Shown one piece after another: positions 1-9,561 of a stretch of DNA of 64,000 nt. The notes beneath the pieces are model-generated. The model saw only the letters and a program-made list of their open reading frames with translations, did not search any database and was not told where the DNA came from. Source of the DNA: a virus (taxonomy: Duplodnaviria; Heunggongvirae; Uroviricota; Caudoviricetes); IMG/VR virus record IMGVR_UViG_3300008453_000586; one strand, 5' to 3'. The position numbers were made by a program, and so were the translations under genes. Every line of letters starts with the position of its first letter. Position 1 is the stretch's first letter.

Positions 1-1
1 A

Positions 2-247
2 ACAACATATATTGGGGCAACAATATATAAAACAATATTCGACATTAGAGTTAATGCGAGTCAATTTAACACTACATCTAATCCAAGTAGAAGTACTGAT
101 GCCGCAACTAACCCACCAACTATAAAAGTTTCAGAAGTTGGGATTTATGATAGTAGTAAAAACCTTGTGTGTATTGGTAAACTTTCAACACCAGTACCTT
201 TGACTGAAGGTAATACAATAATGCTTGAATTAAGTATGGATTTTTAA
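2..247 (+). CDS. C-terminal fragment of an N/S/T-rich structural protein (paralog of the next gene)
   Basis: Open frame from the window edge to TAA at 245-247. Its C-terminal roughly 35 aa (EVGIYDSSKNLVCIGKLSTPVPLTEGNTIMLELSMDF) parallel the C-terminus of the 259..1461 product (EVGLYDDIGNLIAVAKTDRHITKNVNEFLALSIKITM). Confidence 0.4.
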   Translation, partial: TTYIGATIYKTIFDIRVNASQFNTTSNPSRSTDAATNPPTIKVSEVGIYDSSKNLVCIGKLSTPVPLTEGNTIMLELSMDF

Positions 248-258
248 TAAAATATAAA

Positions 259-1461
259 ATGGGATATAATAGTACAGCGACAACGCTTAGTTTAACAGCA
301 AAGTTAACACCAATAGGTAGACAAAGAATGGTTTCTACCAACAATTCACTAATTAAAACCTTTAGTTTAGGTGATTCAGATGCAAATTACCAAACATCTT
401 TGTTGTTGAACACTGGTGAAATACCAGCTATTAATGGTAACATAGGTTTTGGTAACACAACAAGCAATAGCACTGCATCAGCTGTAGCGTTAAAATCTGT
501 ATTAATTTTAAATACTAGTGGGATGATTACCAAACCAGTATCATCACAATCAGTAAATATTCTTTCAGAAACAGCACCTAATGGTTTAACAACAATTAGT
601 GGTACAAACCTTAGTTTTAATGTAATAAATAGTTTAGATTACACTACTGATGAGAGAGTTAATTTGTTTAGTTCTTTTGGATTACCAATAACATCAGCTG
701 ATTTCAACCTATTTACAGCAACAACGACAAATTTTGGCGGTTATTCAAATACATCATATAGTGGTGTTGCAACAAATAAAATATTGGTTATAGCGATTAA
801 CAATTCAACATTTGGTGAATGTATAGACGGTAAAACGGTTAAATTAGAATTACCAACTAGTGCTGGTACTTATACTATGTATTCTACTTTCCAAAGCAAC
901 CAACAATCTTCGAATGTTTTAGATAATACAATATCCGAAACAAACGTTACTACCAAGCAATTTGGTCAAAACATTGCTATGTTATTTTCTGACAATATTT
1001 TAACACCTAACGGTGGCGTTCCTTCATTAAGTTGGGCCACAGGTTACGGACTTAACAAACCATTTAGTTTAAACGCCAAACAAACATTTAATGCGCAAAC
1101 CAATACTAATATTGGTCAAACTGGTGATACAATAGTAGGTTTGGCATATTTAGACAAAGGTTTTATTGTAATTACACACCCAACAATAGTAAATAATTTC
1201 ACAACATCAGCTTCAACTGCGACAACGGTAACTTTAGATAGCGTATCAACAAACGTATTTCAAATAATCAATTGTATTGCAGATAGAGGTGAGTTCGCTT
1301 CAACAACTAACAAAACTTTCGGTTCTGGAAATACACCTAGAATTAGTGAGGTTGGTTTATATGATGATATTGGAAATCTTATCGCTGTTGCTAAAACGGA
1401 TAGACACATTACCAAAAATGTTAACGAATTTTTAGCTTTATCGATAAAAATTACTATGTAA
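259..1461 (+). CDS. N/S/T-rich structural protein, tail-fiber-like
   Basis: 400-aa ORF, low-complexity Asn/Ser/Thr-rich composition typical of fibers; shares a C-terminal module with the upstream partial ORF. Confidence 0.4.
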   Translation: MGYNSTATTLSLTAKLTPIGRQRMVSTNNSLIKTFSLGDSDANYQTSLLLNTGEIPAINGNIGFGNTTSNSTASAVALKSVLILNTSGMITKPVSSQSVNILSETAPNGLTTISGTNLSFNVINSLDYTTDERVNLFSSFGLPITSADFNLFTATTTNFGGYSNTSYSGVATNKILVIAINNSTFGECIDGKTVKLELPTSAGTYTMYSTFQSNQQSSNVLDNTISETNVTTKQFGQNIAMLFSDNILTPNGGVPSLSWATGYGLNKPFSLNAKQTFNAQTNTNIGQTGDTIVGLAYLDKGFIVITHPTIVNNFTTSASTATTVTLDSVSTNVFQIINCIADRGEFASTTNKTFGSGNTPRISEVGLYDDIGNLIAVAKTDRHITKNVNEFLALSIKITM

Positions 1462-1509
1462 CACTTTATTTTTTGAAAAACACGTCTAAATTAGTAATAA
1501 AATTTTAAT

Positions 1510-2157
1510 ATGGAAAAAGAACCAGAATTTTTATTAGCTTTAGACGTGTCAACCTCAACTATTGGTATTGCACTATTTGAAGACTTAGGTGACAAACTAG
1601 AATTAAAATTGTTACACCACGTATCTCCTAAAGTTAAACCAAAACCAGAAGGCAAAATGGAAGAATTATTTCGAAAAGTAGAAATTTTCGAAAAAGAGTT
1701 CTTATCCAACTATGCTGATTTTGGTATTACCAATGTAATCATTGAAGAACCACTTCTACAGTCTAACAATGTTTATACTATCGCAACTCTTTTACGTTTC
1801 AACGGAATGATTTCAAAATCAGTATATGATACCTTGGGTGTTGTACCAGAGTTTATATCATCATATGATGCCCGTAAATACGCATTTCCAGACCTTATGG
1901 TGGTTCGTACCAAGAAAAAGGATGGAACAGACCTAAATGAAAAACAAATCGCTAAAAACGCTCCTGTGCTGTTTGGTGGTTATCCGTTTGATGTAGATAA
2001 GAAATATGTTCTTTGGGAAAAGGTTGCTGAATTGGAACCACAAGTAAAATGGTTTTATGATAAAAACAACAAACTTAAAAAGGAAACATTCGACACTTCA
2101 GATGCTTATGTTTGTGGTTTAGCATATATTAATAAACGTAATTTGCAAATTTCCTAA
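1510..2157 (+). CDS. RuvC-like (RNase H fold) Holliday junction resolvase, putative
   Basis: N-terminal LALDVSTSTIGIALF resembles the RuvC/YqgF motif I with catalytic Asp; NVIIEEP acidic motif; C-terminal TSDAYVCGLAY resembles the RuvC DAxDAlaiA catalytic motif. Confidence 0.4.
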   Translation: MEKEPEFLLALDVSTSTIGIALFEDLGDKLELKLLHHVSPKVKPKPEGKMEELFRKVEIFEKEFLSNYADFGITNVIIEEPLLQSNNVYTIATLLRFNGMISKSVYDTLGVVPEFISSYDARKYAFPDLMVVRTKKKDGTDLNEKQIAKNAPVLFGGYPFDVDKKYVLWEKVAELEPQVKWFYDKNNKLKKETFDTSDAYVCGLAYINKRNLQIS

Positions 2158-2165
2158 AAAAGTAG

Positions 2166-2173
2166 TATCTTTG
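2166..2173 (+). promoter_or_regulatory. Bacteroidetes-type -7 box TATCTTTG (TAnnTTTG); ATG 5 nt downstream (leaderless mRNA)
   Basis: Motif tagtatctttg recurs upstream of many genes in this window. Confidence 0.5.
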
Positions 2174-2177
2174 CCAA

Positions 2178-3116
2178 ATGAGTTTATATTTGGTAGACAT
2201 ATTCGAATCATTTTTAGGCGACCCTAGAAAGCATAATGAGGACACTGGACAAATCGCTTTTGATTGTCCAGCTTGTTCAGCTGAAAAAGGTTTGGTCAAT
2301 GGTGATGGAAAAGGAAACCTAGAACTTAACTACGACAAGGGTGTTTATAACTGTTGGGTTTGTCACGATACAAACCACATGCACGGACCTATTTCTAAAT
2401 TAATCAAAAAATATGGTACCAAAAAGAATCTAGCTGATTATTTTTTATTAAAACCTGATGAATTTAAAGACAGAGAACACAAACAAGTTGTTGTAAAACT
2501 ACCAGAGGGTTACAAGAAACTAGCTGACTGCACATTTAAAGACTACAAATCAGAAATAGCCAAAGATTATTTATATCAACGAGGTATCACAGATAAAATA
2601 ATCAAAGATTTTGATATAGGATATACAATCAAAGGAGACTTTTATAATAGAGTTGTCGTTCCATCGTTGGATGTTGACGGCAACTTAAACTATTTTGTAG
2701 CCAGATGGTTTGATAAAAAATACACAAAAATTAAATATCTAAACCCAGATGCTGAGAAACAAGAAATAGTGTTTAATGAAGGTAGGGTTAATTGGGACGC
2801 TACAATCTATTTGGTTGAAGGGGTTACAGACCACATAGTAACACCAAACTCAATACCGTTGTTAGGTAAATACATTTCTGATAAATTATTCGACTTACTA
2901 CAAGATAAAGCCAAGTCTTTTGTTGTCGTGGTGCTAGATGATGACGCTTTTGAAGACGCCAAAAACCTATATTGGCAGTTAGATACTTATGACTTGGAAG
3001 GTAGGGTTAGGATAGTCAGACCACCAGAAGGTTTTGACCCATCTAAGATATACGAAAGACTAGGTAACCAAGGTATTGTCAAACTTTTAAAAACAGCACA
3101 TAAACTTAAAGATTAA
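2178..3116 (+). CDS. DNA primase (zinc ribbon + TOPRIM)
   Basis: CPACS...CWVCHDTNHMHG zinc-binding motif; TOPRIM LVEGVTDH (ExxxD) and VVVLDDDAFED (DxD) motifs. Confidence 0.6.
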   Translation: MSLYLVDIFESFLGDPRKHNEDTGQIAFDCPACSAEKGLVNGDGKGNLELNYDKGVYNCWVCHDTNHMHGPISKLIKKYGTKKNLADYFLLKPDEFKDREHKQVVVKLPEGYKKLADCTFKDYKSEIAKDYLYQRGITDKIIKDFDIGYTIKGDFYNRVVVPSLDVDGNLNYFVARWFDKKYTKIKYLNPDAEKQEIVFNEGRVNWDATIYLVEGVTDHIVTPNSIPLLGKYISDKLFDLLQDKAKSFVVVVLDDDAFEDAKNLYWQLDTYDLEGRVRIVRPPEGFDPSKIYERLGNQGIVKLLKTAHKLKD

Positions 3117-3163
3117 CCAGGTAAATAATTCATATAAAAGTTGCAAAATACACAATTTTGTAG

Positions 3164-3171
3164 TATCTTTG
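3164..3171 (+). promoter_or_regulatory. -7 box TATCTTTG with -33 TTG at 3141-3143 (20 nt spacing)
   Basis: Matches the Bacteroidetes sigma-A consensus. Confidence 0.5.
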
Positions 3172-3189
3172 TATTAAAAAATATTATAA

Positions 3190-3972
3190 ATGAGTAAAGC
3201 AAAATTATGGGAAGGTCCAGTATATCTGGAACCAATAGAACACAAATATCATCATAGAACCACTGGTAAAATATACAAGTCGGTTACTACTACACTTACA
3301 TCAATAGAACCACACTTTGACGCAGAAGGTGTGTCTGCTGCAATTGTTAATCAATTAGACTCAGTAAAACAAGAGCGTTATATCGGTTTGAACCAACAAC
3401 AAATATTGGATTATTGGCAAATGCTTAACGACGAAGCCAATATATATGGTACCAAAGTTCACGACATTGTAGAACGTTATTTGTTAGCCAACAAATGGTA
3501 TTTCCCAAAAGATGATGAAGATGGGCAATTTGAAAAGAAAGTTATTGACGGGTTTGAAGCTCTAAAAATAGATGAAGGTATTGCAATGTGGCCAGAACGT
3601 ATTATGTTTGCTGAACAATATGAGTTGGCTGGTATGTCGGATTTGGTTATCGATATTGATGACACCTTCTTTGATATTTGGGACTGGAAAACCAATAGAG
3701 AATTCAATTTCTTTAACCCATTCGGTAATGAAACATTGTTTAAACCATTCGACCACTTGCAAGCATGTCAATGGTCAATTTATACTTTACAGCTAAGTGT
3801 ATATGCTTATATGTACGAGTTGGAGTTCCCAAAAAGAAAATGTAGACAAATATGTATTGGGTATTGGGATAAAACAACAATGACATTTCAAAAAATACAA
3901 ATAATGTATCTTAAACATGAGGCCAAAAAACTTATTGAGATGCACCACTATAATCTTATGAAAAACGCATAA
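3190..3972 (+). CDS. PD-(D/E)XK family nuclease, putative
   Basis: GMSDLVIDIDDTFFDIWDWKT resembles the D...(D/E)xK core motif. Confidence 0.35.
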   Translation: MSKAKLWEGPVYLEPIEHKYHHRTTGKIYKSVTTTLTSIEPHFDAEGVSAAIVNQLDSVKQERYIGLNQQQILDYWQMLNDEANIYGTKVHDIVERYLLANKWYFPKDDEDGQFEKKVIDGFEALKIDEGIAMWPERIMFAEQYELAGMSDLVIDIDDTFFDIWDWKTNREFNFFNPFGNETLFKPFDHLQACQWSIYTLQLSVYAYMYELEFPKRKCRQICIGYWDKTTMTFQKIQIMYLKHEAKKLIEMHHYNLMKNA

Positions 3973-3973
3973 T

Positions 3974-4243
3974 ATGATACCAAATGTAAACGTAATAATG
4001 GGCGAAGTAAAAGTTTCCCAAATAATTGACACTAGAGACGTAGCTTGGTCTCCATTTGATTTACCAGAAAACATGCCAATGTTAAACCCATTTACTTGGA
4101 AACTACATGGTGAATGGGAAGATGGTTGGCATATAAACCAAAATATTTTTAGAGTAGAAAATAACACAATCGTTGAAGCATATTCAATCACTGCTTTAAA
4201 CAAAGACAATGGTGATTCATTAAGTTCACCTATTAAATTATAA
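3974..4243 (+). CDS. hypothetical protein
   Basis: 89-aa ORF tightly packed between neighbouring genes. Confidence 0.3.
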   Translation: MIPNVNVIMGEVKVSQIIDTRDVAWSPFDLPENMPMLNPFTWKLHGEWEDGWHINQNIFRVENNTIVEAYSITALNKDNGDSLSSPIKL

Positions 4244-4246
4244 ATT

Positions 4247-5059
4247 ATGGTTAAAAAAGTAGTACACTTAGCAGATATACACATCAGAACTTTTCGTATG
4301 CACGATGAGTACTTGGATGTGTTTAAAACGCTTATGGCAGATTTAACTGATTTATTGGTTGACTACAAAAGAGAAGAAATTAGAATCGTAGTGGCTGGTG
4401 ATTTGGTTCACCAGAAGATTGTAATTTCTAACGAGCAACTATTGCTTGGCACATGGTTTCTTAGAAAACTTGAAGAGATAGCACCAGTGGTTATGATAGC
4501 TGGAAATCACGATTTGTTAGAAAACAATAAAGACCGTATGGATTCAATCACACCAATGGTACAATTCCTCCCAGATAAAGATATCAACTATTTCAAAGAA
4601 TCTAAATGTTATTTGGATGATAACGTTGTTTGGTGTGTTTATTCAATTTTTGAAGGAAACTCAAGACCAAATATTGAAGCAGCTAGAGCACAGTTTGGTG
4701 ATGATAAAACATACATAGGTTTGTATCACGCACCAATCATAAACGCCAAAACAGATATTGGATATGAGATTGACCACGGTGGTGAATTAGATATATTTGA
4801 AGGGTGTGATTTAGTTATGTTGGGTGATATTCACAAAAGACAATCATTCAATCACAAAGGAATAATCATCGCGTATCCATCTAGTCTTATTCAACAAAAC
4901 TTTGGGGAGAACGTAACAAAACATGGTTTCTTGTTATGGGATTTGGATTCTAAGAGCTTTACAGAGCATGATGTGGACAACAAATCACCATACTATCAAT
5001 TTAAAATAAAGTCCCTTGAAGACCTCGAGAATGGGACAGAGGCAATAACAAATTTATAA
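4247..5059 (+). CDS. Mre11/SbcD-type nuclease (calcineurin-like phosphoesterase)
   Basis: HLADIH, GDLVH and GNHD phosphoesterase motifs in order; located immediately before a Rad50-like gene. Confidence 0.7.
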   Translation: MVKKVVHLADIHIRTFRMHDEYLDVFKTLMADLTDLLVDYKREEIRIVVAGDLVHQKIVISNEQLLLGTWFLRKLEEIAPVVMIAGNHDLLENNKDRMDSITPMVQFLPDKDINYFKESKCYLDDNVVWCVYSIFEGNSRPNIEAARAQFGDDKTYIGLYHAPIINAKTDIGYEIDHGGELDIFEGCDLVMLGDIHKRQSFNHKGIIIAYPSSLIQQNFGENVTKHGFLLWDLDSKSFTEHDVDNKSPYYQFKIKSLEDLENGTEAITNL

Positions 5060-5289
5060 TGACATTAAACGAATTAAAAGGTTTCATTAACGGATTACCA
5101 GAGGAAATGGGCGAATGGTCTGTTGTGAACGGAGAAGTTGGGTATTTAGACCCTAGTGATAACGATAGTATGATTTATCGTGTGGACAAACCAATTATTG
5201 CGTTGTATGTGGACCAACACTCACAAGAGGTGTGTTTGTTCCATCAAACGCAAGAAGACGTAACAAGCATGTTAGATGGAGGTGAATAA
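5059..5289 (+). CDS. hypothetical protein
   Basis: 76-aa ORF with overlapping stop/start ATGA at 5059. Confidence 0.3.
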   Translation: MTLNELKGFINGLPEEMGEWSVVNGEVGYLDPSDNDSMIYRVDKPIIALYVDQHSQEVCLFHQTQEDVTSMLDGGE

Positions 5290-5680
5290 AGAACTTAAAG
5301 ACGAAATATGGGATTACTGTAGAGCGAACAATATCACAAATATTGATGAGTTTACCACCAAATGTATTAAACAAGGTTTTACAGCAATAAAGTTTGGTTC
5401 CGCACCTTTTGAACAAAAAGAAAAGGTTGTTGAAAAGATTGTGGAGGTTGAAAAGATTGTGGAAGTAACAGTTGAAAAAGAAGTTTTTATTTCTGATAAT
5501 AAGGAAATGCAAAAACTAACCAAAGAAATTGAAAAACTTAACAAACACGTTAAATTAGCTTCTGAGGCCAAAGACAAAGCTTTAAAAGAGTTGGCTGCTA
5601 TCGAAATTGAACACAAGAAAGTAAAAATAGAATTAGAACAAGAAAAAAATAAAAAGAAAAGAGATATATATGGCGAATAA
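5276..5680 (+). CDS. hypothetical coiled-coil protein
   Basis: 134-aa K/E-rich ORF with repeated EKIVEVEKIVEV. Confidence 0.3.
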   Translation: MEVNKELKDEIWDYCRANNITNIDEFTTKCIKQGFTAIKFGSAPFEQKEKVVEKIVEVEKIVEVTVEKEVFISDNKEMQKLTKEIEKLNKHVKLASEAKDKALKELAAIEIEHKKVKIELEQEKNKKKRDIYGE

Positions 5681-8030
5681 AACAGACATACAATTAATTT
5701 CACCGTATTCTAAAATAAAAGTACATTGGGATGACCAACCACACAACTATAGTCGTGAGGCGAAGAATAGGATTAAAACTTATTTTGCTAATAAGTACGG
5801 TGTTAACAAAAACAACATCAATATAATATATCGCCCAGTCAGAAAAACAGACAAAGGTGATATGGTTGAGATTAGTGGTGCTGGGATTGAAAACATCATG
5901 GATGTATCATATCAAAGAGCTCTTATGAAAGAACTTATTGATAGGGATAACAAGACAGTTGATTTTAAAAGAATCCTAGCGTTAGATGAAAGAGTAAACG
6001 GTGAATTAAATATTGACTTAAACAACATTCAACACAAGTCATGGGCAATCAAATGGATAATGATTGATAACTTCTTATCGTTTGGTGAGCAAAATTACAT
6101 ACCTTTTAGCCGTTTAAATGGATTAACTATCGTTAACTCTATTCCAGCTAACCAAGGTGGTAAAACAACCCTTACAATCGACGCTATTAAGTTTTTACTT
6201 CATGGTAGTACAACTAAAACCGATACCAATGAACAAATATTCAACACATATTCTGAAAAGAATGAGTTGGTTGTTCGCGGAATGATTGAAATTGAAGGTG
6301 AAGAAACTATCATTGAAAGAAAAATGAGACGTACTTCAAAAAAAGGTGGTGGTTGGACTGTTGTGAACAAAGTTAACTACTATAAAATTCAACCAGATGG
6401 TGAAGAAGAAGAGTTAAATGAAGAAGATGCTAAACAAACTACTAAAAAGTTAAAAGAAAGTATCGGAACTGAAAAAGATTTCGAAATGTTGGTTTTGGCC
6501 ACAGAAAAAAACTTGGATGAACTGATTGGCTTGACGACAACTGAATCAGGCAAAATTCTTACTAGGCTTATTGGGTTAGAAGTGCTTGAAATGAAAGAAG
6601 CAATCGCTAGAACGATGTACAATGAATTTTCTAAAAAGAAGAAATCTAACGAGTACGATGTTATAACTTTGGGTCAAGAGATTGACGACCATAATGAAAA
6701 AATTGTAAACTACAATGAATTAGAAAATGATTTAAACGAAACTTTAGAAACTACTAAACAATCCTTGGAAGAGTTAAAAACTGAAAAAGATGGTCTATTA
6801 AACAGCAAAGAGAAAATTGACGTAACAATTTCAGAATTAAACCCTCAAAGACTTGAAGACGATATTAAAACACTTACAGACAAAGGTATTGAATTAAGTG
6901 GTAAGGTGAATACGTTAACAGATGAGATTGCCGCTATCGGTGCAATTGAATTTGATGAAGATAGACATCATGAGTTGACAAAATTAGGTAGTAAATTAAA
7001 TATGGATAAAGCAATTAAAGAAGCCGAATCAAAAAGACTTCAAAAAGTTGTATCCGATTTAATTGCTGGTGGTATTTGTCAATCATGTAACAGAAAATTA
7101 GACGATGTTGATAATTCAGCACATATAGCTAAACATGAGCTTGAGATTGAAAAAATAAACAAAGAAGTAAAAGAACTTACTGATAAACTTTTAAAAAGTA
7201 TCGAAGAACTTGAAGGTTTAAATGAAACCAAAAAAATTGCTGACTCAGTTGGTAAAAAGGAATTAGACATAGACAGATTAGAAGTTGAAATGGGTGGTTT
7301 AAGAAATCAAATTGTTGCCAAAAAGAATGATTTGAAAAAATACAAATTAAACTTAGAAGCCATAGAGTTGAATCGCAGTGTAGATATAGCAGTCAGCAAA
7401 ATTATTACAGACATTTCAGTTAAAGAATACAAAAAAGACGAAACAATTAGAAGTCTTGAACGCGTTCAAAATGAATTAAGAACCAACGCGGAACATATTG
7501 TTACAAAAACAAAACTTATTGAAACAATCAAAAAAGAAGAAGAAGTCGACAAGATTTTTAAAATCTATATTGAATTGGTCGGTAAGAAAGGTATTAGTAA
7601 ATTAGTGTTGCGTTCAGTTCTACCAATCATCAACTCAGAAGTACAAAGACTTTTAGAAGATGTTGTAGATTTTGAAATCGAGATATTTATTAATGATAAG
7701 AACGATGTTCAGTTTTTACTAGTTAAAGATGGTGTTGCTAAATTGTTAAAATCTGGGTCTGGATTAGAGAAAACGGCTGCCAGCCTAGCATTAAGAGCGG
7801 TGTTAGGGAAACTATCTACACTACCTATGCCTAATTTCATTACATTTGATGAGGTGTTGGGTAAAGTGGCGCCAGAGAATCTTGAAAAACTAAAATTGTT
7901 GTTTGATAAAGTAAAAGACATGTATGATATCGTGTTCTTTATCACTCACAACGATATTGTTAAAGATTGGGGTGATAATGTAGTAACAGTTGTTAAGAAC
8001 AATAATTTATCTAAAATAACATTTAATTAA
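5670..8030 (+). CDS. Rad50/SbcC-type ATPase
   Basis: N-terminal P-loop-like NQGGKTT; long coiled coil; central CQSC zinc hook; C-terminal signature-like SGSGLEK and Walker B FITFDEV. Confidence 0.7.
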   Translation: MANKTDIQLISPYSKIKVHWDDQPHNYSREAKNRIKTYFANKYGVNKNNINIIYRPVRKTDKGDMVEISGAGIENIMDVSYQRALMKELIDRDNKTVDFKRILALDERVNGELNIDLNNIQHKSWAIKWIMIDNFLSFGEQNYIPFSRLNGLTIVNSIPANQGGKTTLTIDAIKFLLHGSTTKTDTNEQIFNTYSEKNELVVRGMIEIEGEETIIERKMRRTSKKGGGWTVVNKVNYYKIQPDGEEEELNEEDAKQTTKKLKESIGTEKDFEMLVLATEKNLDELIGLTTTESGKILTRLIGLEVLEMKEAIARTMYNEFSKKKKSNEYDVITLGQEIDDHNEKIVNYNELENDLNETLETTKQSLEELKTEKDGLLNSKEKIDVTISELNPQRLEDDIKTLTDKGIELSGKVNTLTDEIAAIGAIEFDEDRHHELTKLGSKLNMDKAIKEAESKRLQKVVSDLIAGGICQSCNRKLDDVDNSAHIAKHELEIEKINKEVKELTDKLLKSIEELEGLNETKKIADSVGKKELDIDRLEVEMGGLRNQIVAKKNDLKKYKLNLEAIELNRSVDIAVSKIITDISVKEYKKDETIRSLERVQNELRTNAEHIVTKTKLIETIKKEEEVDKIFKIYIELVGKKGISKLVLRSVLPIINSEVQRLLEDVVDFEIEIFINDKNDVQFLLVKDGVAKLLKSGSGLEKTAASLALRAVLGKLSTLPMPNFITFDEVLGKVAPENLEKLKLLFDKVKDMYDIVFFITHNDIVKDWGDNVVTVVKNNNLSKITFN

Positions 8031-8053
8031 TTGCATATTACCCAAAAAAGTAA

Positions 8054-8061
8054 TATATTTG
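8054..8061 (+). promoter_or_regulatory. -7 box TATATTTG
   Basis: TAnnTTTG motif upstream of the 8080 ATG. Confidence 0.4.
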
Positions 8062-8079
8062 TATTATAAAATAAATGAT

Positions 8080-8607
8080 ATGAAATTCAGAAATTATTGC
8101 GTAGTAATCATGGGAGACACGATAGGTGTGGTCCCTGAGATTGACAAAGTTAGTGAATCAAAACCAAACGTTTTAGATGCAAAAGGCATAGTTATTGCTA
8201 CATTTACCTCGTTTATGGAACCCAAAGAACTATCCGAATGGTTCAAATCAAACAATAGAAGTTTTTTAGTTTTTGATTTGGACCAAGAGAATTCTGGGTT
8301 TTTTATCAACAAAAAAGATATCCACGAAGGGTTATTCGGTTTTTTAAAAGAATACAATGATAAAACACTTGGAGAAAACACGATAGACTTTTTAAACACC
8401 ATTAAAATAATTAACAATGGTGAAAAGAACACAAATAAAACTAGTGCGTATACCGAAACAACGGCAGTAACTGTCGAGTTAACGCAAGAAGATATCAACA
8501 ATATGTGCAAAACAGAAAAGAAAGAATTATATGACAATATTATTGATAAAGGTGTTCAAAACTTAACAGATTATGACAAAAAAATATTGGGTTTTTTGGT
8601 AAAATAA
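8080..8607 (+). CDS. hypothetical protein
   Basis: Track ORF 8059..8607 begins at TTG inside the promoter box; the first in-frame ATG is 8080. Confidence 0.35.
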   Translation: MKFRNYCVVIMGDTIGVVPEIDKVSESKPNVLDAKGIVIATFTSFMEPKELSEWFKSNNRSFLVFDLDQENSGFFINKKDIHEGLFGFLKEYNDKTLGENTIDFLNTIKIINNGEKNTNKTSAYTETTAVTVELTQEDINNMCKTEKKELYDNIIDKGVQNLTDYDKKILGFLVK

Positions 8608-8696
8608 TTACCGTAAACCCTTGACTTTATTGACAATATGTCGTATATTTAATAAGTTAAACATAACAAAAAAAAGAAAAAGTATGAACAATTTTA

Positions 8697-9530
8697 ATGA
8701 ACAAAAAGTATGTAAATTATAGTACAGATGACACAGTTTCAAAGTATTTTAAGGAAGTAAAAAAATCTGTTATATTGACTTCTAGTCAAGAAATAGAATT
8801 AGCAAAAAGAATCAAAAAGGGTGACACAAAAGCAACTACTGAATTGGTAGAAGCTAATCTTAAATTTGTGATTTCAATCGCAAAAGAATATCAAGGACAA
8901 GGTTTACCGTTATCAGATTTGATAAACGAAGGCAACTACGGTCTAATCAAAGCTGCTCACAGATTTGACCATAAGAGAGGTTTTAGATTTATCTCTTACG
9001 CTGTGTGGTGGGTAAAACAATCAATTATTCAAAGTCTTAACGATAACGCTAGAGTGGTAAGATTACCAGCCAACGTTATTAACAAAATTTCAAAATTGAA
9101 TAAAGAGATGTCAAATACAGAACAAGAAAACGAAACAGAACCTATTTACGTTGATATGTTTAATGAAGAAAATGATTTATCAATATTAAATTATTCAAAA
9201 ACTTCTTCATTAAACAAATTAGTTGGTGATGAAGGTGGTGAAATTGTTGATTTGTTAGTAAGTGAACCATTAACTTTAAACATTGACGAGATTGAGGTTA
9301 ACGATAAAGTTAAAGACGAATTAAATAAAATATTAAGTGTGTTGGATGAAAGAGAGAAAATGATTGTTGAATCATATTTCGGAATGAATACAACACATGA
9401 AGCAATGACACTTGAAGCCATTGGAGATAAGTATGATTTAACTAAAGAAAGAATCAGACAAATCAAAGAAAAAGCTATCAGAAAGTTAAGACACCATACA
9501 CAAACATTGCAAGATTTGATGAATCAATAA
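8697..9530 (+). CDS. sigma-70 family RNA polymerase sigma factor
   Basis: Region 2 (LINEGNYGLIKAAHRFD...GFRFISYAVWWVKQSI), region 3, and region 4 HTH (TLEAIGDKYDLTKERIRQIKEKAIRKLR). Confidence 0.85.
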   Translation: MNKKYVNYSTDDTVSKYFKEVKKSVILTSSQEIELAKRIKKGDTKATTELVEANLKFVISIAKEYQGQGLPLSDLINEGNYGLIKAAHRFDHKRGFRFISYAVWWVKQSIIQSLNDNARVVRLPANVINKISKLNKEMSNTEQENETEPIYVDMFNEENDLSILNYSKTSSLNKLVGDEGGEIVDLLVSEPLTLNIDEIEVNDKVKDELNKILSVLDEREKMIVESYFGMNTTHEAMTLEAIGDKYDLTKERIRQIKEKAIRKLRHHTQTLQDLMNQ

Positions 9531-9561
9531 TAACAATTGTATAATCGTAATATTTATTACT

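Noticed and set aside
120-344. Minus-strand ORF 120..344 and numerous other short antisense ORFs inside plus-strand genes (for example 3477..3707, 3562..3771, 3793..4284, 5195..5512, 5314..5703, 6389..6622, 8094..8537, 14004..14186, 15523..15810, 15818..16237, 16155..16436, 20896..21357, 21506..22030, 35828..36313, 43082..43725)
   Set aside because: They overlap stronger same-region genes with recognisable domains and have low-complexity or hydrophobic junk translations typical of AT-rich antisense frames.
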